Positions 1 to 11,045 of a stretch of 64,000 nt of DNA are shown piece after piece. A model generated the notes under the pieces. That model saw nothing but the letters and a program-made list of their open reading frames with translations, did no database searches and was not told the DNA's origin. Positions within the stretch are counted from its first letter, which is position 1. Each line of letters starts with the position of its first letter. Made by a program: the position numbers and the translations under genes. Source of the stretch: Puccinia triticina (taxonomy: Eukaryota). Where the stretch lies: positions 7,502,001-7,566,000 of the forward strand of contig CP110439.1 in NCBI GenBank assembly GCA_026914245.1, read 5' to 3'.

Positions 1-61
1 TGATCCCATGTATCATCTTCCAAGTCTTGTATTAAAGAGAAAGTGGAAGTAAATAAAATTA

Positions 62-2162
62 GGGTCAGCCTAAATGCACTCCAAACTTTTACTTCATGCA
101 CTCCACATTTTTGGCTTTGGGGGGCCAGCACTCGCTCCAAATGTTGTCGAAGCTCTACCTCGTGCCACTATCGTGAGCCGTTCCCTGCCGTCCGGGTTTT
201 CATACGCAGATAAGGTCTTGGAGTGCCTTGATTTTGTACTCCCAAAACATGGAGTCCCCAGATGGGCACTCCATGTTTCTTGGAGTACACAACTGGGTAC
301 TCCAAAATTGACCAAAATAGGGGAGTGCAGCTAGATGCACTCCAAAAAAATGGAGTGCAAGCCCAAGCACTCCGCCTTTTCAGTGAAGGATTTTGGCTTT
401 GCACTCCAGCTAGCAAATACCAAATGGAGTGCATTGGGGTGCACTCCAAGTCTCCTTTTTTTTGGAGTGCCCACAGACATCACACCTCTCGATGACCGGT
501 CTGGACCGGTCATTGAGGGGACTCACACGACCGGTCATCCAGAGGACTCATACCTCTCGATGACCGGCGCGGACCGGTCATCAGTCACACCTCTCGATGA
601 CCGGTGTGTACCGGTCAACAAGGGGAGGTGCTACTCTTGATGACCGGTCTTTACTGGTCATCGAGGGGACTCCCACCTCTTGATGACCGGCGCGGACCGG
701 TCATCAGTCACACCTCCCAATGACCGGCACAGACCGGTCATTGAGAGGACTCACACCTCTCGATGACCGGTCACCACCGGTCATCAAGAGGACGCACACC
801 TCTTGATGATCGGTCAGACCGGTCATCAAGGGGACTCACACCTCTCGATGACCGGTCATCTCCGGTCATCGAGGTGAGTCACATTTCTTGATGACCGGTC
901 AGACCAGTCATCCAGGGTAATAACACCTCTCAATGACCGGTGTGTACCAGTCATTGAGGGGAGGTGCTACTCTCGATGAACGGTTGGTCTGACCGGTCAT
1001 CAAGAGGAGATGTTACTCCCCTCAATGACCGGCACAGACCGGTCATCGAGAGATGTGACTCACCTCAATGACCGGTCATCACCGGTCATCAAGTGTTATT
1101 ACCCTCGATGACCGGTCTGACCGGTCATCGAGTGGTGTCAGCGGTGTGAGCCCTCTTGATGACCGACCGGTCATTGGGAGCATCAAGAGGTGTGAGTTCC
1201 TTCGATGACCGGTCTGTGCCGGTCACCGAGGGGAGCAGCACCTCCTCTTGATGACCGGTCAGACCAACCGGTCATTGAGAGTAGCGCCTCCCCTCGATGA
1301 CTGGTACACACCAGTCATCCAGAGGAGGTATTATTCCCCTCGATGACCGGTTTGACCGGTCATCGAGGGATGTGACTCACCTCAATGACCGGTCATCACC
1401 GGTCATCGAGAGGTGTTATTACCCTCGATGACCGGTCTGACCAGTCATTGAGAGATGTGACTCACCTTGATGACCGGTGATGACTGGTAATCGAGAGGAG
1501 GTGTTATTAGCCTTGATTACCGGTGTGACCGATTATCAAGGTGTGAGTCCCCTTGATGACCGGTCTGTGCCGGTCATCGGGAAGTGTGACTGGTCCGCGC
1601 CGGTCATCAAGAGTTGTGAGTCCCCTCGGTGACCGGCACAGACCGGTCATCGAGAGGAGATGTTACTCCCCTTGATGACCGGCACAGACCGGTCATCAAG
1701 AGGTGTGATTTCTGTGATTCCTCTCAATGACCGGTGGTCCGGTACAGACTGGTCATTGAGAGGAGATGTTAATCCGCTCAATGCCGGTCTGTACCGGTCA
1801 TGGATATCAGGAGGATCAAGTGGGGTGTGTTTGTACATAGCCCAATTGAAGTTGTAGGCAACTCCAGCCAGAGCTGGAGTGCACAGTACTGCACTCCCCT
1901 TTTGAGGAGGAGAAATATCAGGAATGGAGTGCTGGGGGAATGCACTCTAATCTGATGGAGTGAGACTCATGGCCACTCATTACATTTCCTGGCCACTGGA
2001 GTTCTTTGTGGTGCACTCCAAAGAGTCTTGAGTCCCCAGTTCTGCACTCCAATTGACTTGGAGGACTCTAGTCTGTACTCCAACGATCATTGGGGTGCAC
2101 ACTCCATACACTCACTTTTGGAGTGCTTTTGGGATTTTTTTGGAGTGCAGTTAGGCTGACCC
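62..2162. mobile_element. Non-autonomous TIR DNA transposon (large MITE)
   Basis: TIR GGGTCAGCCTAAATGCACTCCAAA at 62 matches TTTGGAGTGCAGTTAGGCTGACCC ending at 2162. Flanks are TTA and TAA (TA or TWA target). Subterminal GCACTCC/GGAGTGC motifs on both arms; no credible ORF. Confidence 0.85.
480..1806. repeat. Array of ~35-45 bp hairpin units (CTCGATGACCGG-N4-10-CCGGTCATCGAG)
   Basis: Dozens of imperfect palindromic units are directly visible. Related arrays occur at ~29930-30220, 30430-30620, 34120-34480, 42060-43130, 48970-49280, 50170-50430 and 52415-52870. Confidence 0.95.
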
Positions 2163-2224
2163 TAAAATTAAAGCCAGATATCTTTACATGCTTGTTCATT
2201 TAAATCAGATTAACTAGGAAAAAA

Positions 2225-3190
2225 TCAAAAGAAAGGATTCCACTGACATTGCAACAGATCATGTATTTCTTCAGTGAAGGGGCTTTCTTCTTGAGTTTTT
2301 CTGAAGTCATAATTGAGATAGAATGAAGCTGCATCTTTGAATGAATCACGGGGGAGCTTTCCCCAGATGTAGTAAAATATCATCAACCAATTTTCTTCTT
2401 TCCTATCATTTATGAATTCTTTGATATAAGCTTCAGGAATCCAATTATATCTTGCTGAGATGGCAAGGTAGGCAACCAATATATCACTCAAATTCAACAA
2501 TCCTGCATAAAGCTTATGATCTTCACCTTCAATTGATGGTACATCACTGAAGAGCTTAGAAACAGATTTTATATTCTGGGAAATATTGAGAAGGGTTGGA
2601 TCCATCTCCTTTAGCTTTGCAACATCTCCTCCCTTTATTGTGGCTTCAATTTTGTTGATATCCTCCCAAACATCTCCAAGAATGCCATGGAATTTTTTCA
2701 AATTGTCATAATCCAGAGGAGGTTCTTCATCAATTTCAAGCAAATGAAGTTTTTTAAGCACCTTCTTTTCAAGATCTTCATCTATTTCTAATGTTATAAA
2801 ACCAAAAAAAGCTTTACTTCACATTTCATGCATGACATGGATATATGGTACCATTCAAATTAACACAGAAATACTCAAAGACTTACTTTCTGTGACAGAT
2901 TGTAATTTGTAATCTAGAAAAGCACATATCAATCTTCTCTCAATATTTTCAGTATAATTTATACTATTATAGGAATTGGATTACTCTAGTCCTACTCACC
3001 TATGAATTCTTCTTTGTGGAACATCTCATCATATCCTGGTGTGTGGTTAGTCTCAGTTATCTCTGTATTTATTTGTGATTAGTGAAGATCTTGATGCTGT
3101 TTATGTAATAAATTGTTGAGTGAAGCTTACTCTGAGCAACTTCCAACATAGTGGGAGAATTGTCCCTGCCATAAAGTCTTTTGTTGCCGT
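2225..3190 (-). CDS. Multi-exon hypothetical protein, 3' portion (5' end not found)
   Basis: 178-aa terminal ORF (2225-2761) plus short upstream exons bounded by GTAAGT/GTGAGT donors and YAG acceptors on the minus strand. No recognisable domain. Confidence 0.5.
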
Positions 3191-3711
3191 CTGAGGAAAA
3201 AATGTGACATGCGCTATCTAAATCACTGTTTCAAGATTCTCACAAGAACTATGGAATATCTTGGTACGGACATTCTCTTGCATCATATATGTATTTTCTT
3301 GCGTTGGCAGCATGTGCCAAATTATCTTATTCCGTTATGAAGGGGGAAGTACTTTCACTTATCAACCCCAGCAGGCCAAGGATAAGAGGCCGCATTTGCG
3401 ACGATGAAATGTACACGCCTTTGAATTTGGGTTAAAATTGGGTGACAAGTTTGATGCCACGGTGATTGAGTCCTAGAAACAAGGAAGATAGTGATCAAAC
3501 GGGATGAGAGAGGGTTGTCGACTGCGGAATGCACTGTACTGTAATGACGAAAGTTTGTCAACAATTATGAAGAGCTCCAAGTTGCACGTGAGCAGTCAAC
3601 CCATCATCAAAAACCACTGCTTGTTTCTTAGTTGACAATACAAGTTCCAAGTTTGTGCAGAGTCCCGCCATTACGCCAGAAAACCCACTTGCAGCACGTC
3701 AGGTCCAGGCC

Positions 3712-6700
3712 TCAATTGAATCGTATTGATGCTGATTTGTGATGCATACAGTCTGCGTGCGCAAATTCTTGTCTCACCAAAAAGTGTTGTGGGTACAAAT
3801 ATCTCTCTGTCTCAGCGGGAAAGAAAATTGTACAACGCATGAAGTAAAACACAGGTCCGGGGGACCTTGCCTGCAGGGCGCTCTCCCAACAAAGCCGCCC
3901 GCGAGCGTGCATCGGGCTAACACAGGCGCAAACAAGTTCAAGTAGAAGCGCATTGTATCCCATTGAATTTTGGACAGAAGAATTATCTGAAAACATCTTG
4001 ATAACCGCTGATCCCGCGGTGATGTAGTTTTCTTTTTTTGTATCGGAGAAATACCCACCCGAGTATAGATGACGTAGGTTTTGGAAATCCCCAAAAGTGT
4101 GACCAATGTCCTTTCCTGGACTGTGTCCCGTTATAGCTCTCAAAGTTTTCAGTTGCGTAAAGAGGGGGTGGTCCAAAGCGAAGGATAGCGTCAGGAAGGT
4201 GTAGCAACATATGGAACTTCGGTTTATTCATCCATTGCGCTGTTGACATGATCAGATGGTACAGAAATTCTCCGATGTGCAGCTTCAGTATGTGTTGGTA
4301 CGTGTCCATGTCTTCATGTGCGTCTGAAATACTAATGGCGCCAGTTGACAGAGCAAGGTCCATATCAAGCAATCCGAGTCCGACATGTATTCAAACAAGA
4401 CAAAAGGTGCGGCCTGCAAAACTATCTTGAAATCCTTCCCGATGAAGTTGGAGAAATGCTTAGTGAGGTAATATGGTTGAAGCGACGGGATGTTCAGTGC
4501 ATCTGTACTGAAGGATTGATAACGTGCCATTATGTTTGGTATTATAGCTGGCTGAACTCCTCGCATAAAGTCTTGTACTAAATATTTAACTACACCAAGT
4601 AAGAAAACATGCAGCACCTCAACTGGTGTGTCAAGACACCCATTGAAGCCTGTTCCAAGTGAAATGCCAGTCATGGTTAGTGTTATGTAATTTTTTTATG
4701 GTTTTGGGCCATCACACACCTTTGACCCGGAATATCGGATTGAATAATCGCGGCTTTGATATTTGCTCAACTTGATTGATGCGCTCGATAAACTTCTTAC
4801 CCGCGGCGGTAGCATCTTTTTTCTTGGCCGTGATGTCGTACTTTTGTTCAATGATCAGTTTGCTCACAACATCCTTGACTCCCAGCTTTGTGTATTTGTC
4901 CAGTACAGCTGTCCTGCTCCGGGGCCTTTTGGACATGCTCCAAAGATCATAGCAGTGTTCGATGATTAGTGCCCATAACCTCGGTCTGTTTGATACCTGT
5001 CACCCGGTGCCAAATTAATTTTAATCATAAATAAAGATCATGTAGGATGTTCTCCACTCACCATCTCCCCATCCGGTCCAATCATAAGTAAGCGCCGCAG
5101 ATATTCCATCTTTGGCTTATCTTTCATACTCTCCGCCAAAAGGTCACAGGCGCGGCACGGATGCAGTGAGTTGCCAGGGATAGGGGTGCTTGTTAATTCT
5201 GCATGCATGGGTGAATCACCAAGGGCACACAAGATTGTTGTGATAACCGGGACTTCTTCTTTGATTGAACCATCATAAGCCATCACCCCTGTAGTAGACA
5301 GGAATCTGAGAAAAATCTGTGTTGGCCCACATTACATAATCAATTTTCAGTATTTTTAGAACTTACTCAATTTCATCCACAACAGGTTCCGCTAGCTCCA
5401 TTGCTCCGGCTTGATTTGAAGTGCACAAATAATGACAGTTATAGTTTTGATTGGTCCAGTTCGGTGGCAGACCAGAAAGTGTGAAAAAGAAAGAGATGTG
5501 TTTATTCCATCTCTTTGATTGATTACCAGAGGTGTCGTCGGAGTAGAGATTGATAGGCACATGTCAAATAATTTTCCCCTTTGATTTGTGCCTCCACGGG
5601 TTTGGAAGAGCATAAATTGTGGTCCTATCTTGGCCCAATTCTATCCATGCATGAATAAGTCATAAGCAAATCAAAGGTTAAATCAACAAAACTGATGAAA
5701 AATCAATGAACTTGCCATATAGCACATCCTCACAACGCTCAGATAGCAACATCCCTTCACCGCCCGCTATACCACTATACACACAATAGAAATCTGATAT
5801 TGGCACCGTTTGCAACTCTACTGATTGGAAAGATAGGCCTCCAGGAATTGTCATGCACAGTTTTATTCCATCCAACAAGGTCACAAAGTTGGGGCTGACA
5901 CACTTAGAGTACATTACATCGTGGTCCTTGAAGAAATATAGTGGAACCACAATAGCATCTGATACCAGCTAAACTGGTTTGAATAAGTAATAATCAGTGT
6001 GATCCTCGGGCCCATGGTGGCGGTACATTGGTGCGCGTGTTTCGAAATCAAGCTCCTCAAGCCATTTTCGGGACTGAGATAATTTGTAAATGTTTTCCCA
6101 TGAACATCTTTGGGATAAAAATCTAGGACGGAACTGACTAGCGGGTTGGCTACCTCTTGGGACAGAATCACCCGGAGGGGCAAGGAGTACGTTGGCGTAT
6201 CCAATATTGACTTGCGGGAAACAACATCCAGGTTGAGTAGCTTTTGAATGTTTTCCTTTTCGCGCCTGACTGTCAACCAGTCTGGGAGCCTAACATCAAA
6301 TAGCTTGAACATCATTTTGATGTGGCCATACAGCCTGCAAGAGATAATTGTGTGCGTGTATCCTATGAGTAGCGAGGCAACCAAGTACTGATGGGTTTGG
6401 GTTGCATAACATCAGCTAAGCATGTTTGACAATCAGATGATCGAGCGCCCTTAGAAGAAATTTTACAAACTTCTTTGGATGTAAACAGCCAGTATATGTT
6501 TGGCCCTTGTGGCTGCCGCCGCCGCTGCCGCGATGAATGGTTTCCTTCGTTCAAATCGGGCATCTCCTCAATGTTTTCATTTGGGGGGTTTCCTTTCTCT
6601 TCGGAGTATTGTTGGCAGCCGGCATCCCATTCCTCGCCATCTGCTTCGTTATCCGAATCATATTCCGAAAGACACGAGTCGCTGTCATTTTCACTGCTGG

Positions 6701-7123
6701 GATCGGATGAACTGGCATTGCTGAGGTCATCGGGGCAATCTCCTGGGGACTGGCTGAGTCCTGGCTGTCCCGAGACATTGGCGAGATCAATGATCCCTTC
6801 AAATTCTGCAATATTCGCCGCGGTTGGAAACTCGATGGATTCGGCCGGTGAAGCAGGGACTTGGTTTGCCGTGATCATCTCCTCCAGATGATTACCCTGC
6901 ATTTGGTCCTCTTGCCGGATGCGGCGGTTATCCCGTCCTGCAATGTAAGCCGCAAGCAACGACTTATGCTTATCATATTTTTTGTGTTTCTTCATGGAGG
7001 AGATGTTCATCGGCTTGGAATTGCACAGCAGGCATACATGAATTGGTCCTTCCGCGCTTTCGGCTCTCAAAGCCCAAACATCTGTTCATTTTTGTCTTGT
7101 TGGTCAATTGTAGCAGACATCAT
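3712..7123 (-). pseudogene. Degenerate CMC/EnSpm(CACTA)/Plavaka-like transposase
   Basis: Collinear fragments carry motifs of a fungal transposase family: INLYSDDTSGNQSKRWNKH, GDSPMHAEL, DTPVEVLHVFLLGVVKY, NKPKFHMLLHLPDAILRFGPPPLYATENFESYN, and an N-terminal CLLC..H..H zinc motif. Broken by frameshifts. Confidence 0.75.
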
Positions 7124-7910
7124 GCGAGTGTGACCAGTGACCACAAAAATTGCCTGCCATGATCGATTGGAGTCACCTTTGCAGGTCTGCGCGGCATACC
7201 GAGACCTGAATGTTAATTAATGTTTCAAGACAGCCACAAAAACGCAAAAGCGATTTGATTAGTAACTTGGGTTGTGGCAAAAGCAATTTGTGCAGTGGAC
7301 AGTGATGAGGAGCGGTTTGCTTTGTCTTTCCGTGCGTGCTTGGGGGTTCTTTTTTTTTGATCTGGATCTTACCAATCAGCCAGATTGGATTTGACCACCT
7401 GCCCCTTTCTTGTCACCACGGAGTGCTTACTTCAAGCGCACTGCCTGGATGGTGGAACCTCTTGGCATTGCCGAGTTAGCTCTCAATGTTTAATTTCCGA
7501 GTTCGCTCGCAAGCAACAATTTGAAGCAACTCCACGGTTTTACACCATTTCACCTGCCCAAAAGGAGGGACAATGTATCTGATTTGGGAGGTTTACCAGC
7601 TCATTGGAGGTAATGTGATGGCCAAAGCAACTGGATGCACCATTGCCCGGTGTTTTTGGTATGCACCCTCTGGGCCTGATTTCCGCGCACTTGTGTGCCA
7701 GAGATGATCTCAATTCGCTGCACGCAGTAAATTTTATATAAGCCATGCTTCATCGGAACCAACTCTCCCCAGACCACTCTGTTTCTTCATTCCAAACTCA
7801 AACTTGACTTTGCCTCCCATCCTCTTCCATCTCATCTTTCACTGTATTCAGATTCAGCACAATGTCTCATCTTTATTCATCCGACTCTGACAACTCCGAC
7901 AACAACCACA

Positions 7911-8251
7911 TGTGAAGCCCCCCTCGACATCGGGGCTCCACACGAAGAGTCATGGGATAACGTAACCCCCCGCGCATCGTATACTTAGCCTGAGCTGCTG
8001 CTTCCCTAGTCCGGCAGAGAGTCTCTCCTCTCTCCCGGCTAGGTAAGCATTGTTTTCATTCTTCTCTTCTCTTTTCCTTCTCGTCGCCTGTTGGTGTATT
8101 TAGACTAATAGAGAGAGTCTCTCCTCTCTCCCGGCTAGCCTCTGCAATCAATCCCCCGACAGTTTGGACCTAGACATTCTTAGACGGCCTACCAGCCGAT
8201 CTCTGTGCCTTTTCATCCATCTCATCAGTGAGGGTCCATTGGACCCTTACA
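7911..8251 (+). repeat. 5' LTR (341 bp)
   Basis: TGTGAAGCCC...GGACCCTTACA. Differs from the 3' LTR by about 3 substitutions and one 5-bp indel, by eye. Confidence 0.95.
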
Positions 8252-8544
8252 CTTTTTTTTTCTTGATCCAAACGAACCAATCACTCCCCGTCTTGGTCGA
8301 AACTATCGACCTTGTCATCGCCTTCTGACCTCGTTCTCGCTCGCCTTCTGACCTCGTCCTCGCTCGTCTAAGCCCTCAGAAACATCGACCTCTGCCCTCG
8401 CCTTCTGCTCTTGATCCGCTGCCCGTATCGACCTCGTATCGGTGTGATCGTTCACACCAAACTCCACTTTTTTTTCATCCAATCGACCTCCTTCCTTTTT
8501 CCCTCATCTTCACACCACGTCACTCCCCGAGCCGAGCACGGTTC

Positions 8545-10764
8545 ATGACCACAAGAAACACCAACACGGGCCCTCTGCTTCCGATCTCCGACCCCGAAGA
8601 AATTCTCCGTACCGCCCGTCGACGGGCTCGCCTGGACGCCCTCGCAGCATCGAACAACGCCGCGATCGCCCAAACGCTATCGTCTGACCACCCAAACTAC
8701 GACCCCAACTTCCCTGCTCCCTCAACCAAGCAAAGCATGAACCCGACTTCCAGTTCGACCGGTTACCAGCCGGAAGACGCAGAGCAGGAGCTTTCCTTAA
8801 GCAACTGCCTCAAGGCAGTCCTCACCATCCAAAAGAACACGGCGGTCCAATTCCAGGCGGCACAGCAACAAGCCAAGGAACAACGCCGAATTGATGCAGA
8901 ACAACGGAAAGCCGATGCGGATCGTTTTGCTGAACAGCGCAAGATCGATCGAGAACGCATCAAAGCCCTTGAGAAAGCTGCGTTAGCTGGCGGAATCAAA
9001 CAAGAAGTGTCCCCGGCTCCACAGTCTGATCGAGTGGACTTGACAAAGTTCCGAACATCCGACGGGCCCAAATTTAACGGACCTCTCCAAGACGCCGAAG
9101 TCTTTCTGACGTGGATCCAAGCCGTCACCATCTTCTTTTTGACGAAGGCGGTTACTCATGCGGACGACAAGCGTCTCATCATCGGCTCCCTGATTGCTGA
9201 CACTAACTTGACCGCATTCTACCGGGTCGAAAGTCCAAAGTTCGCCGGGAAGTCATGGGAGGAGTTCCGTGATCGACTTTTTGAATTCTGTCTCCCAGAA
9301 GACTGGCGAGCAGACCTCCGACGATCGATAGTTCGCCTCGAGATGTCCAATGCCGAATTGTTCATCCAGTACAGCAGCCGAGCCCGCACTCTCCAGTCCC
9401 TCGTCAACTTCGAGAAAGATGTATTTGATGACCTCGACCTTGCTGAATTCGTCGTCTTAGGACTACCTCAAGCGCTTCAGAGCAAAGTGCGCGACTTCCA
9501 ATTACTCGCTCAGAAGCCGTTCAAGTATGGCACCTTTGAGAACCGCGTTAATGGATTCTACGCCGACTTTGCTAAGAATCGCCAATCCTCCTACCGTTCT
9601 GTCGCCACCGGCGCCAACGCGACCCCACTCGGCTCCAATCGTCTTGAGCCCGAGTTGTACCTCTGGAAGATGCATTCTTACCTTGATTCGGTAGGGAAAT
9701 GCCATTTCTGTAAAAAGCATTGCGGAAACCCTGCTGGAGCTTGTCCCGGTCCACCAGACAGATCAAGGCTCTACATCCCGCCGAAACCACCGAATTACGT
9801 GGCCCCACGGGCTTGGTCAAGTCCGACTCAGAAACAAACCGGACCTGCAGGCAGACCCACAGGCAAACCGGCAGGAGTAGCAGGCATGGACGAAGCCCCA
9901 CCGTTTGAACACTCTCAGGTGTCGTTGATCTCGGCTATCGAAGGCCAACTTGAAGCAACGACTTTAGCGTATGGCTATCAACCGCTCGATGAAATCGAAA
10001 GAGAGGCTGAACTTGCCCCAAAATCGGACGACGCTTCGTACTCACTCCCAGAAGAACCCACTGACACCTCCGACCTCATTGACGTACACGCGGTTGATGA
10101 GCGAGTGGAGTCAGTCCTCAATAGGTGGTTCCCCGTGGACGATGACGGGACCACGGAGTATGTGCCCATTTCCAATGCTCCCCCCATTCCACATCCTGTC
10201 CGTTCCCCCGACCGAGTGCTTCATGAATTCCATGCTGGGCGACGCTTACGCGTCCTTACCCCCACAGCTCGCCCACAATTGAAGATCCACCGACCGACGT
10301 CATCAGCGTTTCCACCGCCAGTCCAGACGCCTGACCTACGCTGCCTCGCGTTACACTCATCAGTTCCGACTTACCTGTTGTGCCCGATTCTCCCAACCCC
10401 AGTCCAACCGTTTTCGTCCAACTCAGAGCTAGAACTTCCAACGGAGACACACATTACTCATTCTAGTCGACCTCATTCACGCAGGCCACCAGCCCAGCCG
10501 ACGAAAATTCCCCGCCACGTTTCTCGTACCCTGTCTGACCGCCCCTTCCGTCGTCACCCCTTATGCCCCCGGTTTCCTTATCATCCGACTGCTTTCACCC
10601 AAATTCATCGTCCTCGGTCTCCTTCTTTCCTTCTGTCTTCCCGTCACCATCCACCATTTTACAATAGCCATTCCTCCCCCTCTTTTGCTCTCTATATAGG
10701 GGGGGAGACTGTGAAGCCCCCCTTGACATCGGGGCTCCACACGAAGAGTCATGGGATAACGTAA
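8545..10764 (+). CDS. Gag-like protein (739 aa ORF running into the 3' LTR)
   Basis: Uninterrupted ORF inside the LTRs with a coiled-coil region, capsid-like core (PKFNG...FLTW...SWEEFRDRLFEF) and Cys/His knuckle-like CHFCKKHCGNPAGAC. Confidence 0.85.
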   Translation: MTTRNTNTGPLLPISDPEEILRTARRRARLDALAASNNAAIAQTLSSDHPNYDPNFPAPSTKQSMNPTSSSTGYQPEDAEQELSLSNCLKAVLTIQKNTAVQFQAAQQQAKEQRRIDAEQRKADADRFAEQRKIDRERIKALEKAALAGGIKQEVSPAPQSDRVDLTKFRTSDGPKFNGPLQDAEVFLTWIQAVTIFFLTKAVTHADDKRLIIGSLIADTNLTAFYRVESPKFAGKSWEEFRDRLFEFCLPEDWRADLRRSIVRLEMSNAELFIQYSSRARTLQSLVNFEKDVFDDLDLAEFVVLGLPQALQSKVRDFQLLAQKPFKYGTFENRVNGFYADFAKNRQSSYRSVATGANATPLGSNRLEPELYLWKMHSYLDSVGKCHFCKKHCGNPAGACPGPPDRSRLYIPPKPPNYVAPRAWSSPTQKQTGPAGRPTGKPAGVAGMDEAPPFEHSQVSLISAIEGQLEATTLAYGYQPLDEIEREAELAPKSDDASYSLPEEPTDTSDLIDVHAVDERVESVLNRWFPVDDDGTTEYVPISNAPPIPHPVRSPDRVLHEFHAGRRLRVLTPTARPQLKIHRPTSSAFPPPVQTPDLRCLALHSSVPTYLLCPILPTPVQPFSSNSELELPTETHITHSSRPHSRRPPAQPTKIPRHVSRTLSDRPFRRHPLCPRFPYHPTAFTQIHRPRSPSFLLSSRHHPPFYNSHSSPSFALYIGGETVKPPLTSGLHTKSHGIT

Positions 10765-11045
10765 CCCCCCGCGCATCGTATACTTAGCCTGAGCTGCTGC
10801 TTCCCTAGTCCGGCAGAGAGTCTCTCCTCTCTCCCGGCTAGGTAAGCATTGTTTTCATTCTTCTCTTTTCCTTCTCGTCGCCTGTTGGTTTATTTAGACT
10901 AATAGAGAGAGTCTCTCCTCTCTCCCGGCTAGCCTCTGCAATCAATCCCCCGACAGTTTGGACCTAGACATCCTTAGACGGCCTACCAGCCGATCTCTGT
11001 GCCTTTTCATCCATCTCATCAGTGAGGGTCCATTGGACCCTTACA
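10710..11045 (+). repeat. 3' LTR (336 bp)
   Basis: Direct repeat of 7911-8251, followed by TSD CCACA. Confidence 0.95.

Larger units (their letters stand above)
7911..11045 (+). mobile_element. Gag-only (non-autonomous) Ty3/Gypsy-like LTR retrotransposon
   Basis: LTRs at 7911-8251 and 10710-11045 (TG...CA), perfect 5-bp TSD CCACA (7906-7910, 11046-11050), polypurine tract AGGGGGGGAGAC before the 3' LTR, single gag-like ORF, no RT/RH/IN. Confidence 0.95.

Noticed and set aside
74..640. Short overlapping ORFs in the first element
   Set aside because: Translations of repeat motifs with no domain signal.
480..1806. CRISPR-like repeat-spacer array
   Set aside because: Linkers are short and related to each other, repeats are degenerate, no cas genes are present, and the context is eukaryotic TE interior.
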